Source: Kudoa neothunni (taxonomy: Eukaryota; Animalia; Cnidaria). Taken from it: DNA of 64,000 nt. Under the pieces are notes generated by a model. It did not search any database. It was given only the letters and a program-made list of their open reading frames with translations, and was not told where the DNA came from. The position numbers and the translations under genes are program-made. The stretch is taken from positions 6,144,311 to 6,208,310 of the forward strand of contig OZ199839.1 in NCBI GenBank assembly GCA_964304625.1, read 5' to 3'. Shown here piece by piece: positions 1 to 13,300 of the stretch (its first letter is position 1; each line of letters opens with the position of its first letter).

Positions 1-417
1 TTAATTCACATGAGAAGTCAATATTAATAAACTCAAGATTATTAATTAAAAATTTATAAACGGATTAAAACAAGGAAAATAATTTTTTGTTTAGAAAAAA
101 GATAGACTGTGTTATAATTAATCTAAGCGAAAAAAATTCAGATTATTTAAAGACTGAAAAAGAGATTTGATCAACTACTTTCATCAACCCCGAATTCGAT
201 GATTTGCCATAATGTACAATAAAAAATTTAACAAACTTATAAATATAATATTTTAAATATATTAATTAATTTTTAGGCATAACATCCATCAACCAATACA
301 TTCTAATCTAGAATTACACAATAAAGGTATAGTAAACAAAACTGCTCAATGATAAGATATTATAAAAATATTAATAAGACAAATCTGTGTTCAAAATCAA
401 TAATATAGATATTATTA

Positions 418-1508
418 ATGTGGTGTGCCTTACAAGTGTTATGCATAATTTTCTCAGTATTACTAAAGGTAGTCTAAATTTGTGTTCGATTTCTAAATGT
501 TGAACAATGTGACTGAGTTTTGATCTGACTAGTTCACTGGAATCGTCATAGTGATTGTTGGTGCTGCTCTAAAGTTTTTCCTTGTTAACAGCTGTCAAAA
601 AGAACTATCCTTGCCCATTGGATACATTTTTATTGTTATCGGCTCCGTCATTATACTACAAATGATATTAGTTATATCTGCTTGTTGTTTAAATTCGCTG
701 GATATTTGCTCGATTATTGTGTTTGTGATTTCATTTGTTGTGGTGCTAGTATCAAGCGGATTTTTGATATATATCTGGTTGGTCAGAAAAAATGTAATTA
801 TCATCTTCAACGTCTTATAAATTGTTTTGTAGATAATCGAGGGAACAGATACATGTATTGAGCATGGAGCGTTACTTCCTCTGCAATATTTTGGATACGA
901 AGATGAATATATCAGTATAGCAAAGGAGGCTGTACTCATTTTAATTATATTCGTTAAATAACACACTTTAATAGTACCAATGCTGCAGATTAACCGACAT
1001 TATAGCATTTAACTTCACCGGAACATTCTATTTGGATAAAGATCACAACCAAGCGGTTTCAGGTAATTATATTTACGTATGTGGCGCAATGATTACACTA
1101 CTATCGAAAATAACCATTAATTCAGCTATATTAGCGTTTTTATTATAACTATGAATTATAAAATTTAATAGAAATTAATGAAATCGCTGAAGCCGGTGTA
1201 GTCCAACAAAACGAAGAAAATGATGATCTTGATCAAGAAGACGACGACCAACCCTTCGACTGCAATGACAATATAACTGTCAATACTGCAAAATGTGCTG
1301 GTTCATTCAAGATGCTCCTTTCATACATTTTACCTAGATTTATTGGATCCTTGAGTGGAATAACGTCGTATTCGGTATAAATTCTGTATAAATAATACGG
1401 GTATCGTTGTTGACGCTTCTCTTCTAGTTTGTTGTTCTAACTTTGTTGGTCGGTTACCATTGCTGGATGTTAACAGCAAAACATTCTTATGATATGGATA
1501 TGAAATGA
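418..1508 (+). CDS. Divergent tetraspanin (4 TM, 6 exons)
   Basis: GT-AG exons 418-468, 533-793, 833-931, 975-1062, 1172-1374 and 1428-1508 join into one ORF: MWCALQVLCIIFSVLLK|FTGIVIVIVGAA...SACCLNS...WLVRKN|IIEGTDTC...KEA|YQCCRL...FDC...AKCAGSF...FIGSLSGITSYS|FVVLTLLVG. Three N-terminal TMs, a large Cys-containing loop, a fourth TM, and typical tetraspanin exon boundaries. Confidence 0.75.
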
Positions 1509-1865
1509 GATTACACATTATTTTCAATATTAACAAATAATTTACTAGTATCATAGATTGAACCTCACAAATATGTTATTCTTATAAATTTTCCAATTAT
1601 TATTTCTTGTTGACTAATTCGTTACATTTTACTAAATATTTCATTATTAAATAATTAAATTTGAAAAAATGGAGAACATAAGACATTTGATTCGTGTTAT
1701 CGATAATATTTTTGAAGTTCTAAGATATTAATTTTTTAATTTTCTACGATAGATTTATATACAGAATATTTTCATATATCATTTTAGGGAGAATATTGTG
1801 CAGTAAATATAGTCACGAGTGTTTATGACTATTTAGTTATCGCGAGAGTGGCGATTCTTCGTTAA

Positions 1866-2788
1866 CCCTCCAAGTAAAATGGGGTAAAAATCTACTCTAA
1901 ATTTTTTTAACTAAAACTACTTAAAATAAAAAGTTATTTAATTTTGAACAGTATTAGTCAATTCTATCGATTACATGTTGACTAAATCAAGAAACGCTAT
2001 TATTAAGTCTGAGGAGAGCGGATGTTCTCCTCTCGTTTTGTGTGCAATGAGTTCGTGCGAATAGCGTGAAAGTTAATCAGATTCCACTCATCAGACATTT
2101 ATTACGGCTTATCAACGATGAATCTTGAGATAAATGCAATTTTGATATAAATCTTCCGGTCGATTATCTTACTGATAGGGATGGAACATTGTAGGAGACT
2201 GAGACTCCATTTTCTACCCGAACACCAACCAAAAACGCCTTGTAAAATCGTTTCAGTTTTGTCCATTTCATAAAACAGAAAATTAACTCGATGGTCGAAA
2301 CATTTCTGACATTTTTCAATCAACGAGTTTACGGCATAAAAACCGCCCATAAATGTGATGTTTATCTAGCGTTTTGTTGTAAACAACATTTTTGGTATGT
2401 TTGTTGGATATTCTTTGAGAATTAACACCGTTTACTCGTTATTTTTGTTGCCTTTTTGTGTAAATATTGCATGAATTAATGCGCAATAAAACTATCAAAA
2501 CATTCTCTTACATTACAAAAATATTTTCAAATAAAAAAAGAGCAGATTACTGTTGATATGACAAGAGCGTACGGCGAAAAATGCTAAATATTATGTCTGC
2601 ACGCAAGCGCGATAGTGGCATAATAATAATGTTTTTTGATTTACTCCAAATCTAATAGATGTAACTTATTAAAACTATTCGAGATTATATAACTTTATGT
2701 TCTAAACAGTTTTAGTCAACAAAATACTAGGGTAGATTCTACCCCATTTTTACTTGGAAAGTGTAAATTTTCGAGTGACTAAGAGGAT
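1866..2788. mobile_element. Non-autonomous piggyBac-type element with transposase C-terminal remnant
   Basis: TTAA|CCCTCCAAGTAAAATGGGGTAAAAATCTAC at the left end; inverted copy GTAGATTCTACCCCATTTTTACTTGG at ~2733-2758, then a spacer and TTAA (2789-2792). Minus-strand FMGGFYAVNSLI (~2350) resembles the piggyBac YN..MGGVD..D motif. Confidence 0.7.
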
Positions 2789-3209
2789 TTAAAATAATCA
2801 TTATAATCAACTGAATATAAATTACAAAAATAAAATTATATGATTGAACTTAGATCAAACAAATATATCTCATGTATTTACGAGTATTATAATTCAATTT
2901 TGAAACGCCAAAATATTTATAAATTTCCCCCTTGAAGGCAAGAGAGCTTTCGTTATGTACAGTAAATTAATTGAATCGGCCTTAAATTATTCAAAAGCGA
3001 TTTCTAATAATTGTTGGTTTTTCGCATTAAAATTTATCTCATTACTTTTAGTTCCAGCCGAGTAGGGATTATCTAAGAATCTAGATGTTATTGGACGTTT
3101 TCAATGCTAACTCATATCTCAAGAAAAATCAATGAGCGATTATTATATCCAAAAAAACTACTCATTTTATTACGATAAATACTCAATGATATACGTATAA
3201 TTCCTTTTA

Positions 3210-4508
3210 AACAGAAAAATTAGTTAATAATGTTTGTAATATGCCAGCACAACAAAATCTGCAATATTTATATTTAATTCATTTAATTTGTTGATGGTTT
3301 TATTGAAAATAATTAAAACCTGAACGAATTTAAACGCTGTTTTAATAACACAAACAAATATTAAATGCAGTAAGCAACCGATTTTACGTAATCCCCTTGG
3401 AAACATGGATAAATTACTGAAAATACGTCACTACGGAAAATCGGATACCTACTGTATTATAATAAAGAGATATAAATATAATTTATTTCTTTTAATTAAA
3501 TTTAAAAATAATAAAATGCATATTTATATTTTTTATCATTAATTGATTTACAACAACAAAAATATAATCAGTAAGCCATAAATATTGATAATCAAAAAAT
3601 TATATTAATCTTATATTGATCGTTAGTAAGAATTTAAATATTAGCTCAAAAACAAAAATATCTCATTAGTTAATCGAAAGCAACCCTACCATCTCCCCTA
3701 ACTAAAAATGAGACTGAGATTGAGGTGGGCTGTTTTAAAGTTCATAATGTAAAATAAGTTTTACTTATCGACCAAATCCAAATTGCTTAGTGGTATCACT
3801 TTTTCCAATACGATTAAGGACTGTTCGAACTCTTGGTAAGTATTGTAAGTAGCGTAAGCCATTGCAGATAAACAACCCAAAGAACCTTAATGTTTTCAGC
3901 AAAAAGTCGAAAGAACAGCCCAACAATGTTTTACCATGGTTTAAGTCTGCCTGAATGCCAAGCAAAAAATCAAAAACATCATATTTTTTGGTAAACAGAG
4001 AAAAGCTTGCGAGAGTCCAACCAGAAGAAAATTGGTAGTTGACATCCAACTCTAAACATACAATAAATACAAAGTTTCAACCATTTTCTCACCTTGGTTA
4101 TCAAATAGTTCCTTTAGTGAATTAGTATCCTCCAAGAGAACCATTCTTTTAAGATTCTCATCAGCCACGGGAACTTTACCGTAGAATTTCTATGGTTCAC
4201 GTTAAACATATCTATTCTATCACTATCAAGTTGACACTTTATTGATAATATCCGAATTAGTAAAATAGGTAAAACTATCGAAGATAGGATCCTTTGTTAA
4301 TATCCCATTTTCTTTTTTCAAATTTTCCGGAGAAATTTCAATAGGGGGTTCAGTTTTGGATGAGGATTCAGGAAGAATGGATCCAACTGTAGGGACGTTC
4401 TCGGTGAGTTCATAATCATAAAACTAAACAAAATTATAGATTGAAATCATGGTCAATCACATCATTTTCAGATTCGAATTCTGACTCATATCCAGCTGGA
4501 ATGAACAT
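3210..4508 (-). CDS. Ankyrin-repeat protein, ASZ1/GASZ-like N-terminus (3' end uncertain)
   Basis: Spliced reading MFIPAGYESEFESEND|FYDYE...KELFDNQ|ELDVNYQFSSGWTLASFSLFTKKYDVFDFLLGIQADLNH|GSLGCLSAMAYA...VLEKVIPLSNLDLVD. Ankyrin-like GWT.....LL..ADLN motif. Exons downstream of ~3770 are tentative. Confidence 0.5.
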
Positions 4509-5488
4509 TCGTTGCAGCGCCCTCAACAAATCACAAAGTGAGGATTAAAAATTGTATAATGATAATTGAATGAATATTTACTTATTTAATTATTTTTATG
4601 ATATTTAATAAAGATAGTTTAATTTACAATATTTTGAATAAATTTAAACAAGTGTTAGAATAGAAATATGTCTCTGGAAAACTGAATATTATCAAAATGG
4701 TATTTGGCGTTAGATCTTTCTTATGTTTGCCGAGTGATAACGACAAAGATTCCTCCAACAACAGATTTCCACTATATATTCTCCTATTATGATATATCTT
4801 ATATTGTTTTAAAAAATTTTTTTATTAAAGTAATAAAATTCGACGAATGTAATTTATTCTTGGGGCCATATTTCCATTTAATAGCAGAACTAGCTTGGAA
4901 TAATTCTAAGCCATATTTACCAATCTCCTAGATATTTATATATCAATTTATTTATGTATATTGTTAGAAATGTTAAGAAATATTATATATCGAATAATTA
5001 CATAATATGATAGTGAGGGTAACGGGTTATGCACAAACAATTTATTTGTTGTTTAAAAATATTCATAAATCAATTTAAAATATCAAAATAAAAATGTAAA
5101 TATTTATTTTTAGTCACTTATTTCTCAAAAAAGGTTTTCGATCATCCTCTATTTATTATTACATGTATAATAATTTCTAATTTTTTTAACTGGAGTCAAG
5201 AATTATAGTGGATGAATGAAGAGCACCTTCAAAGTATTTAAACGGCATAAAGTTGTCGCAACATTTTGAAACATTTATAATTTTTAAATCACAAAATACC
5301 ATTGCTTAAGAATTTTCAAATATATTTCACTTTTTAATCTTCCGAGTGTCTTAGAAGTCCATCGGAACCCCATGGAGGTTTGAATCAATTTTAGAGAACC
5401 TTATATTTCATCAGATGATTTAAGATCACAACTATTCTTCTATAAATACGAGTTCTATTAAAATATTTCAGAAAATATTAAGTTTTAA

Positions 5489-6677
5489 GTTCAGGTCATG
5501 AAATAACCAAAATACTTACACATTCCTTCTTTTGGGGTCCAATGGACCCCTCGTTTTTTTTCTACCAAACGATAAAGAAAAATAATTCACAACATTTTTG
5601 ACAATTGAAAAAATTTTTATCGAGAGAAAGCAGAGAAAACTTGAAAAAACTATGTGTACGTCAAATACCGATTATTACCGAGGAGAGAAATGCTGCCATA
5701 AATGATTCTCTATGTAATATTTTGAATGAAATTGCATCCGATATCAATGAGATTTATGATAACGTTTGGTAATTTAGTTATTAATTTCATTCCAATTTTT
5801 ATGAAGATAATAAATGCTATCAAATACATACAAGGATAAGCATAGTGTTAATTGGTTTTCTGAGAAACTTCAAATATCTAAATGCTCTAAATAAAATATT
5901 TTTCAAAATTTCAAGGTTTATATTTCTACACTACAAATAGAATAAACTTCATGGCTGATACATTCCTCTTATTTTATGATAAATCATTTTCTCAACTGTT
6001 ACTTCAAGTACTAACAAGTTTGAAAATTATAATTATCAACATTATTTGAAGACTCGGCAAACAAACAGTTGTTGGCTTATATTGGAATCCTTGTCAATAT
6101 GCTCATTTTCAAATCTAAATTATAACCACTCTAATTTCTTTGTCACGAATGATGCTGTTATTGTTCAAGATCTTGAGACAGAAAACGATAACTTCTTGTA
6201 TGTGTGCAGAGCCAACTGTGATAAAAGCAATTCAAAAGTTTTTTTCGTGGTATATTTTAACATTTAAAACTAAAATAATATAAATATCTCGCATTTTATC
6301 TATTTTTAACACCACGTATTGCGGGTTTTATTCAACATGATTATTAAGAAAATAATTATAAAGAAAATACTTTTTAATACTTTTTTAATGTGGAATGATA
6401 TATATATATATATTTATGAAAACCCATTAAATTAAAATATAAAGTTAAACTTGTTGAATTAGATGCCTAATTTAACATTTTGAATGTTTCGTAATGATCC
6501 TTATAACACCCGGCGGTGTTATAATTGTGATATTCTTCAATATTTTATCGATCGTTTCCCTTCAAATTTTTTTATATTACTTATTACATTTTATTCATAA
6601 TTCTAATTAAAAAATTTGGGCCCGTAGGACCCCAAAAGAAGGAATGTGTAAAATCGACTTTCAGGCGCTCCCGAAGA
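5489..6677. mobile_element. piggyBac-type non-autonomous element
   Basis: 25-bp inverted repeat TTACACATTCCTTCTTTTGGGGTCC (5516-5540) / GGACCCCAAAAGAAGGAATGTGTAA (6627-6651); TTAA at 5485-5488 and 6678-6681. Outer left boundary is approximate. Confidence 0.65.
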
Positions 6678-7075
6678 TTAACAATGAATCAAACATAAAT
6701 AATCGAGTTTGAAATGGTAAAATTGATGCAAAGTGAATTATTTTAGTCAGCGCTTATTTATAACACTTTTCCACGCATAAAAAATATTGTAAGAATCCAA
6801 ATATAATAAACGATAATTACGTTTTAATCAAATTAAATAAAAAGAAATACATACATACATACATATATACATACATAAGAAACAAAACTCCTAATTTAAT
6901 TTCATTCTAAACATAGTTTTAAGGGAAGGATGAAAATCCACAAATTGACATTCTTTTTACGAGTGCCAAACCAATAATTTGGTCAATAATAGAACCGAGA
7001 AATCAAAGTACTGGAAAATGATGATAAATATTTCTACAAGTCTGATTATACTAAAATATAAAAACAGAAAAAGTG

Positions 7076-8250
7076 TTAAATTTTGAGGTTTGTCATTTCT
7101 TCATCAACCATAGACAATTCAAACAATGATTTTATATGATTTTCAAATTCGACGTCAGAATTTTGGTAGATTTTTGCAAGTTTTTCAAGTAGATTAAAAT
7201 CGTCTTTTATTCGTTGGAAAAGTTTATTCTTTAAAAAGTTGATTTTTGGGGCGTTTGTTTTGTCATTCATTGCTACAATAAAATTAAAAATTAACAAAAA
7301 CAAAAATAAACATTTTATTCGTGCATTAACGAGTAGTCTCAACAAACAATCGATTCGATGAAGGATTGAGTTGCTGTTGCTGTCGTTTGATTCGATCACT
7401 AAAGAGTTCGGATTAAGGAGAAATTTTCCTGGTGAACTCAGCTGCTGAATTTTTTCAATAATACAATATCTGAATCAAATAATTACCAATGCAAAATTAC
7501 TTAACCCTTACATCTGGTCGTCATCCATCATATCATTGTGAACAACAACAGTGTTAGTTTCCCATTTATTTTCCATTGAAGGAATTTCGAAAACGTTATA
7601 CAAATTTAGTAAACATTCATTAGAAACTGAAACAGTTTTTTTAATGTTATTGATATCATGGTTATGACGAAAATTTGGCGTTGTAATTGGAGGGAGGTTT
7701 CGTTGGCTGTTTCTTTTAAGCAAAATCTCCTTATCACAATCCAAGTGTATTTGTAAATATCCAATCCCATCTACAATTGAATAATCATCTTAATCTATGA
7801 AGAATCCATGTGATGCATACATTTAGATGCGATTCTATATATTTGGTATCTCATGCTTTTATAATGGAAAGTGTCATCAAGTAGAAAACAAATGCTATCA
7901 AAATTAAATTTTTGATCTAAATTTCTGTTTATGATTGCATTCGGGAAATATTGATTTGCCAGATGAACTGAGAGTTGGAAATAATTATCGTTTTGAAAAT
8001 TTATTGCGATTAATTCTTCCAAAAGTTGACCTAATCGATCGTGGATATTCTTTCTAACTTTTTTGTAAGCATTTCTTTCTTTTAAAAAATCTCTTTGGTT
8101 TATTTCTCCAATTTCGACATCGAAGTCAATACAGACTGGTAATATTGGGAATTGATTCATGGAAAATGATATCCGAGCACAAAGGGTACTCTTACCCGCC
8201 GCTGGACAGCCACACATGACCACGAAACATATTCTCAATTTTTCACTCAT
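7076..8250 (-). CDS. PSTK: L-seryl-tRNA(Sec) kinase
   Basis: Exons 8250-7821, 7770-7512 and 7469-7076 join in frame (introns of 50 and 42 nt). P-loop MCGCPAAGKST plus LLDDTFHYKSMRYQIYRIASKYGIGYLQIHLDCDKEILLKRNSQR, matching the PSTK DDNFYY.SMRY..YQLARKY...F.Q.FL.C....CL.RN..R signature. Confidence 0.88.
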
Positions 8251-8332
8251 TTTGTAAGTTAAATTTTCAGGTTAAACCATCAAAAACTTAAAATGATTGT
8301 TGTTGCGTTGCGCATGCACCATTTATACATAA

Positions 8333-9703
8333 CCCTCCAAGTACAATCGGAGACTTTTGGACCCCAGGCGACATTAGTTATCAATTTTCTATCACCTTTA
8401 CTTGTGAGAAATTTTTGGCGGTCAGTCAATTTTTTTAAAATGTTTTGTAGTAAAATTTCACTAATTAATAAACATTTTCATTCCGTAGAAAAAAAGTTAA
8501 AGCAAAAACACCCGACAAATAAAATTGAGGTATTTTGGACCCCACGATTTTTTTTCATCTAATTATCCAAAATATCGATTTATATGTTTAGGGGAAATTT
8601 CAAAAAATTCTATCGAATAATTATATTTTTATTGCATGAATATCATATCTTAATTTGCATCGCGCATGCACCATAATTAATTTCCATTACGTGTTCAAGT
8701 GATCCTGATAATAATTACTCTGATACCTATTCTTCAGATTCATTTTCTTCGTTTCATGATTATTTATCGTTAGAAAAATTTGATATTGATACAGATATAT
8801 AACATAACTCATTAATACACATAAATGGAACGTTACAGTCGATGAACTCGCCGTTGGCATCTAGAATCTAGAATGATTCTAGAACGTATATTGCAAATAT
8901 TATGAATAGACGTTCTGGGATTTCTCCGTTTTTATTACAATATTATTGATAATTTCAGAATAATATTTAATTCTCTTATATATATACGCAATTATTTTAA
9001 ATTAAAATATATTCAGTATATGGGTGGAAAGCTTTTTGATGATAAAGGGGTCGATTTGGATGAATTAGAATTGATTGGATTCATTAGCTATTTATTACTG
9101 ATGGGAATTTGCAGGGATAATCGAGAATTGATTAAAGAGATATATGGGTTAGAGGAAGAAGGAAAGATATATCGTGATTTATTCTCATTACATAAATTTC
9201 TTCAAATAATACGAGTTTTACATTTTGATGGTATGGAAAATATTGAGGTAACAAGATAGTCCGGATGGATTTTGATAAATTCATTACCTACGCCATATTT
9301 GGGTGGATTTTTTACATTTGGTTATCGGCCTAATGAAGATTTCAAGTGTATTATCTATGATACCTGTTTTATGTAATAATATTATGCTGTTTTTGACAAA
9401 ATTTAACCGCATATTATAATAAAGAATTCATTTTGCTAAATGAACTGAATTTGAGTTATGTTTATAGAAAATATGTGATCTAAAAAGTAATACATACACA
9501 TACACTGTGGTTAAAATATTTCTTTATCATTCACACAGTATTACATGATGTCATTTATGAAATTATTGAATATATAATCTATCAAATATTTTAAAAACTT
9601 CTATAAATACATATTTTTTCAAATATTTTATCAAATAAAAACGTTGGGTCTTTCGGACGCCAATTATACTTGGAGGATGTATATTTTCATGTGACTTAGA
9701 AGG
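8333..9703 (+). mobile_element. Degenerate piggyBac element with transposase remnant
   Basis: Left end ATAA|CCCTCCAAGTA; right end TACTTGGAGG-spacer-TTAGAAGG|TTAA (9704-9707). Internal ORF 9020-9259 (ELIGFISYLLLMGI...FLQIIRVLHFD) matches the piggyBac DDE_Tnp_1_7 N-terminal motif. Confidence 0.8.
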
Positions 9704-10338
9704 TTAACAACTGTCCATAACAATAAATGTGTCATCGTTATCAGCAGTATGTAAATGATAATATCGATATAAAGTTAAAAATTCTTAAACGTACAAAGAT
9801 AAGTTATTTATTTCAATATTTACTAATCCTTTTTATTTTCGAAAATTTATATCAAATATAAGATGAAAATTATTCCAAAAATTAATACTAACTGAAACAA
9901 TTTGTTTTTTATTCAGTTCATTTATTCGCAGCTAAATAAATAATAAAAATAACTGAAATTTTTTCACCAATTAATTATTATTATCCTTCGCTTAAAATAA
10001 GCATTAACAGATTAGATAATGATTAGAGAGATGTTATATTGTGGAATAGAAGATTTACTTTTCTGATAGTTATGTGTTTAATAAACGGTAATTATTTAAC
10101 TTTAATAATCATTTAAAAACGGGATAAATTTAAATTCCATATATTCATAAATACCGAAATACAATAATGAGTTTTAAGCTGTTGATTCTATATCCGATTT
10201 TTAAGTTGTGATAAACACGGTCGCCAGGCTGATTAGACTCAATAGGGTGTAAACCAACGCAAACATGCAATCGTGGATCACGTGTCGTTCAAATCATCCG
10301 CTATTCATATTTTCGACCTAATCTCTATTCAAAATCAA

Positions 10339-13300
10339 ATGGCAAGCAGAATAACAACATCTTTCGATGCGTCCAAATCGAAGGGATTTTTAAAATTTAA
10401 CGAAAGAATCTCTAATCAACTGAACGAATTGAAAAAGATAGGAACATATAAGTCGGAAAGGATCATTTCCTCACCTCAAGCCGGAGTGATACGCGTTGAA
10501 GGAAGAGGAAAGGGGCTGTTGAATTTCTGTGCGAATAACTACCTTGGGTTGGCAGTACGCAATTGAAAATTATAGATAGATAGATAGATAAATAAATACA
10601 TAAATTCGATCTAGAACAACAACTATGTCGTGGACAATAGTGTGAACATGCTGAAATCTCACGGTTCAGGTCTTAGTTCCGTTAGGTTTATCTGTGGTAC
10701 CCAAGTATGTTAATGGTCGATGGAGTCGAATGATTAATTTTTTCACATTATGTTATTTTAAAAAATCACTCAAATAATTAAAGTTTAAATATATAAGTCA
10801 CATTGGATTGTTTATTAGCACGTAATTTCCAAATTACCACTGATGAGTACTATCGTTTGATTATTTGATTATTTATAATGAAAAATTTATTATTGAAAAT
10901 CTAATTTTGATACATTATAGGACATCCATAAAAAACTAGAAAACACTATAAGTGCTTTCCACGATAGAGAGGATGCTATATTGTATATCAGCTGTTTTGA
11001 TGCCAATGGTGGATTATTTGAATCTTTGCTGGAACCTGAGGATGCTGTATTTTCTGATCAACTCAATCATGCATCGATCATCGATGGTATACGCCTGTGC
11101 AAAGCCAACAAGTTTCGTTACAACCATCGAGATATGAATCGTAATTTGGAGTTCAATAAATGCACAGTTTCGTTTAACTATCGTTTGAGATTTGAGACAG
11201 TTGCTCGAAGAGAACAAGGACAAACGCACCAAACTGATTGTCACTGATGGCGTCTTTAGTATGGATGGCACAATAGCCCCTCTCAAGTATGCCTCGATTG
11301 ATGTTTCCTTGTGTTTGATTCACCTAATCCAGGGAAATTGTTGAGTTGGCGGAAGAATATGAGGCACTCACAATGATTGATGAATGTCACGCCACTGGAT
11401 TCTTTGGTGCAACCGGTAAAGGCACAGAGGAATTTTGTGACGTGATGGGAAAAATCACCATTATCAACTCTACTCTTGGGAAAGCTATTGGAGGTGCTGC
11501 AGGTAGGTTGTTATTATTGTGCGAATATATCACATTTTCGTCATACAGGCGGTTATACAACTGCTCCAAAAGTTATTGTGGATTGGTTGCGCCAGAAATC
11601 TAGGCCTTATCTATTCTCAAACTCACTTCCACCTGCGATTGTTGGAAGTGCACTTGCAGTAACTTGACTAGGTTGGTGTTGATGTAACTCAGTTTTAATT
11701 TTTAGGCCTTCGAACTAGTGACAAAAGACCAATCTTTGCTGAAAAGATTGCAAGAAAACACCTCTCTTTTTAGAACCCAAATGTCATCTAATGGTTTCAC
11801 TGTTATTGTAGGTGGATTTGTTGTGTTTTGTAAATTTTGATCTACCACAAGGGCGACAACCATCCAATATGTCCTGTTATGATGTCGGATGAGTCTACTG
11901 CGGTGAATTTTGCCGATAAACTCCTTGGTAAATCTTGCCTGTTAATTACTAAGGATTACCGTGTTTCTTTGAAGCCCATCAAAGAATTAAATGAGACTGA
12001 AAGTCTCCTTAAATTTATCCAATTGGACTCTAGAATTTTTAAAGTTCATCTCAGCTAATTCTTGTCAGATGGGGATTTTGTTTTATATAATTTCTCTCAA
12101 ATATTCAGTATATCTACGACTGATTAGCTATTAATTTATATTCAGTTTCTCTATGATTCATAATGGTTTATCAACCTTCTAATAATCGAAAACTATTTCT
12201 TCCAATAATCATTAAAGTGAAATGGTTTCAACTGTTTTTTTTCTTTACAATTAAAATTTATTTTTAAATATCATTGAAATTAATCGATTTCTTAATCACA
12301 ATACTTTGATGTTAAAATCAATTACAATAGCTTTAAGAAGTAAAAATTATTTATTATACAGAGGTATAGCGTTCTTAAACTTCACACAAGCTAGATTTTA
12401 AATTATGCTAAAATAATTGGTATTGTAATTTTTTTATGCCTCGGATTTATTTATATATAAATTTTAATAAATATTTTACAAAATGAATTTAACAATTTCA
12501 TTTACGAAAAGATAAAATAAAAGAATGTGTCGATTTTTCCCCCTATGATCTATCGATCTACCAGTCTATCGATGCAGGTTAGTATAAAAATTTTAATTAT
12601 TTAACGAATTTGAATCACCAATTTTTATTTTTTAATAAAGAATATTTATTTTTATAGAAAAACTGGAATTCAAGTTGGTCTTAATTATTTGAGTTGTAAA
12701 TTGTATCACCTTCAACATCTCATCTAGTTAGAATTTAGTTTTAGTTCGGTTTGTTAGAGGATTAACTGAGAGATCTATGGAATATTGTAATTTTAATAAA
12801 ATATTGATGAATTTATTTTAACCCATGACTTAAAAAATAAATTTATTTGAGGAATTGTTCTAGAGTTAACTGATTTTCATTACTGCCACTAAAGTTATGT
12901 ACAACCAACATTCTACAATACGTATTTATATGATGTAGTCAGTTATTTAAATGCAGTCACCCTTATAAAATTACGTTCAATTATTTTATCATAACTATGT
13001 TTTAATAAAAATGTTATTGACACAATTATTAACTGTTTTCTGTATTGGTCTAATTTATGTGGCTGGGCTTCAAAGAACATGGTCATGCTATATCAGTGGT
13101 TCTTAACCTTTCTCGCTTGCGGACCTCTAATGCGTCCAATGAGCTTAACACGGGCCTCCTTTTGTTTTTATGCATACTCCGAACATGTATATAAATGTTT
13201 CAACTAGAATCAATTATCTAATATCCCCTAATTATTAATTCAAAGATTTATTATATAAATTAATTACGTAGTGGTTTTTTTTGAAATATTTATTAACAAT

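Noticed and set aside
7076-8250. In-frame TGA (selenocysteine or alternative code) in PSTK or other genes
   Set aside because: Careful splicing gives open frames under the standard code; no recoded stop is needed anywhere.
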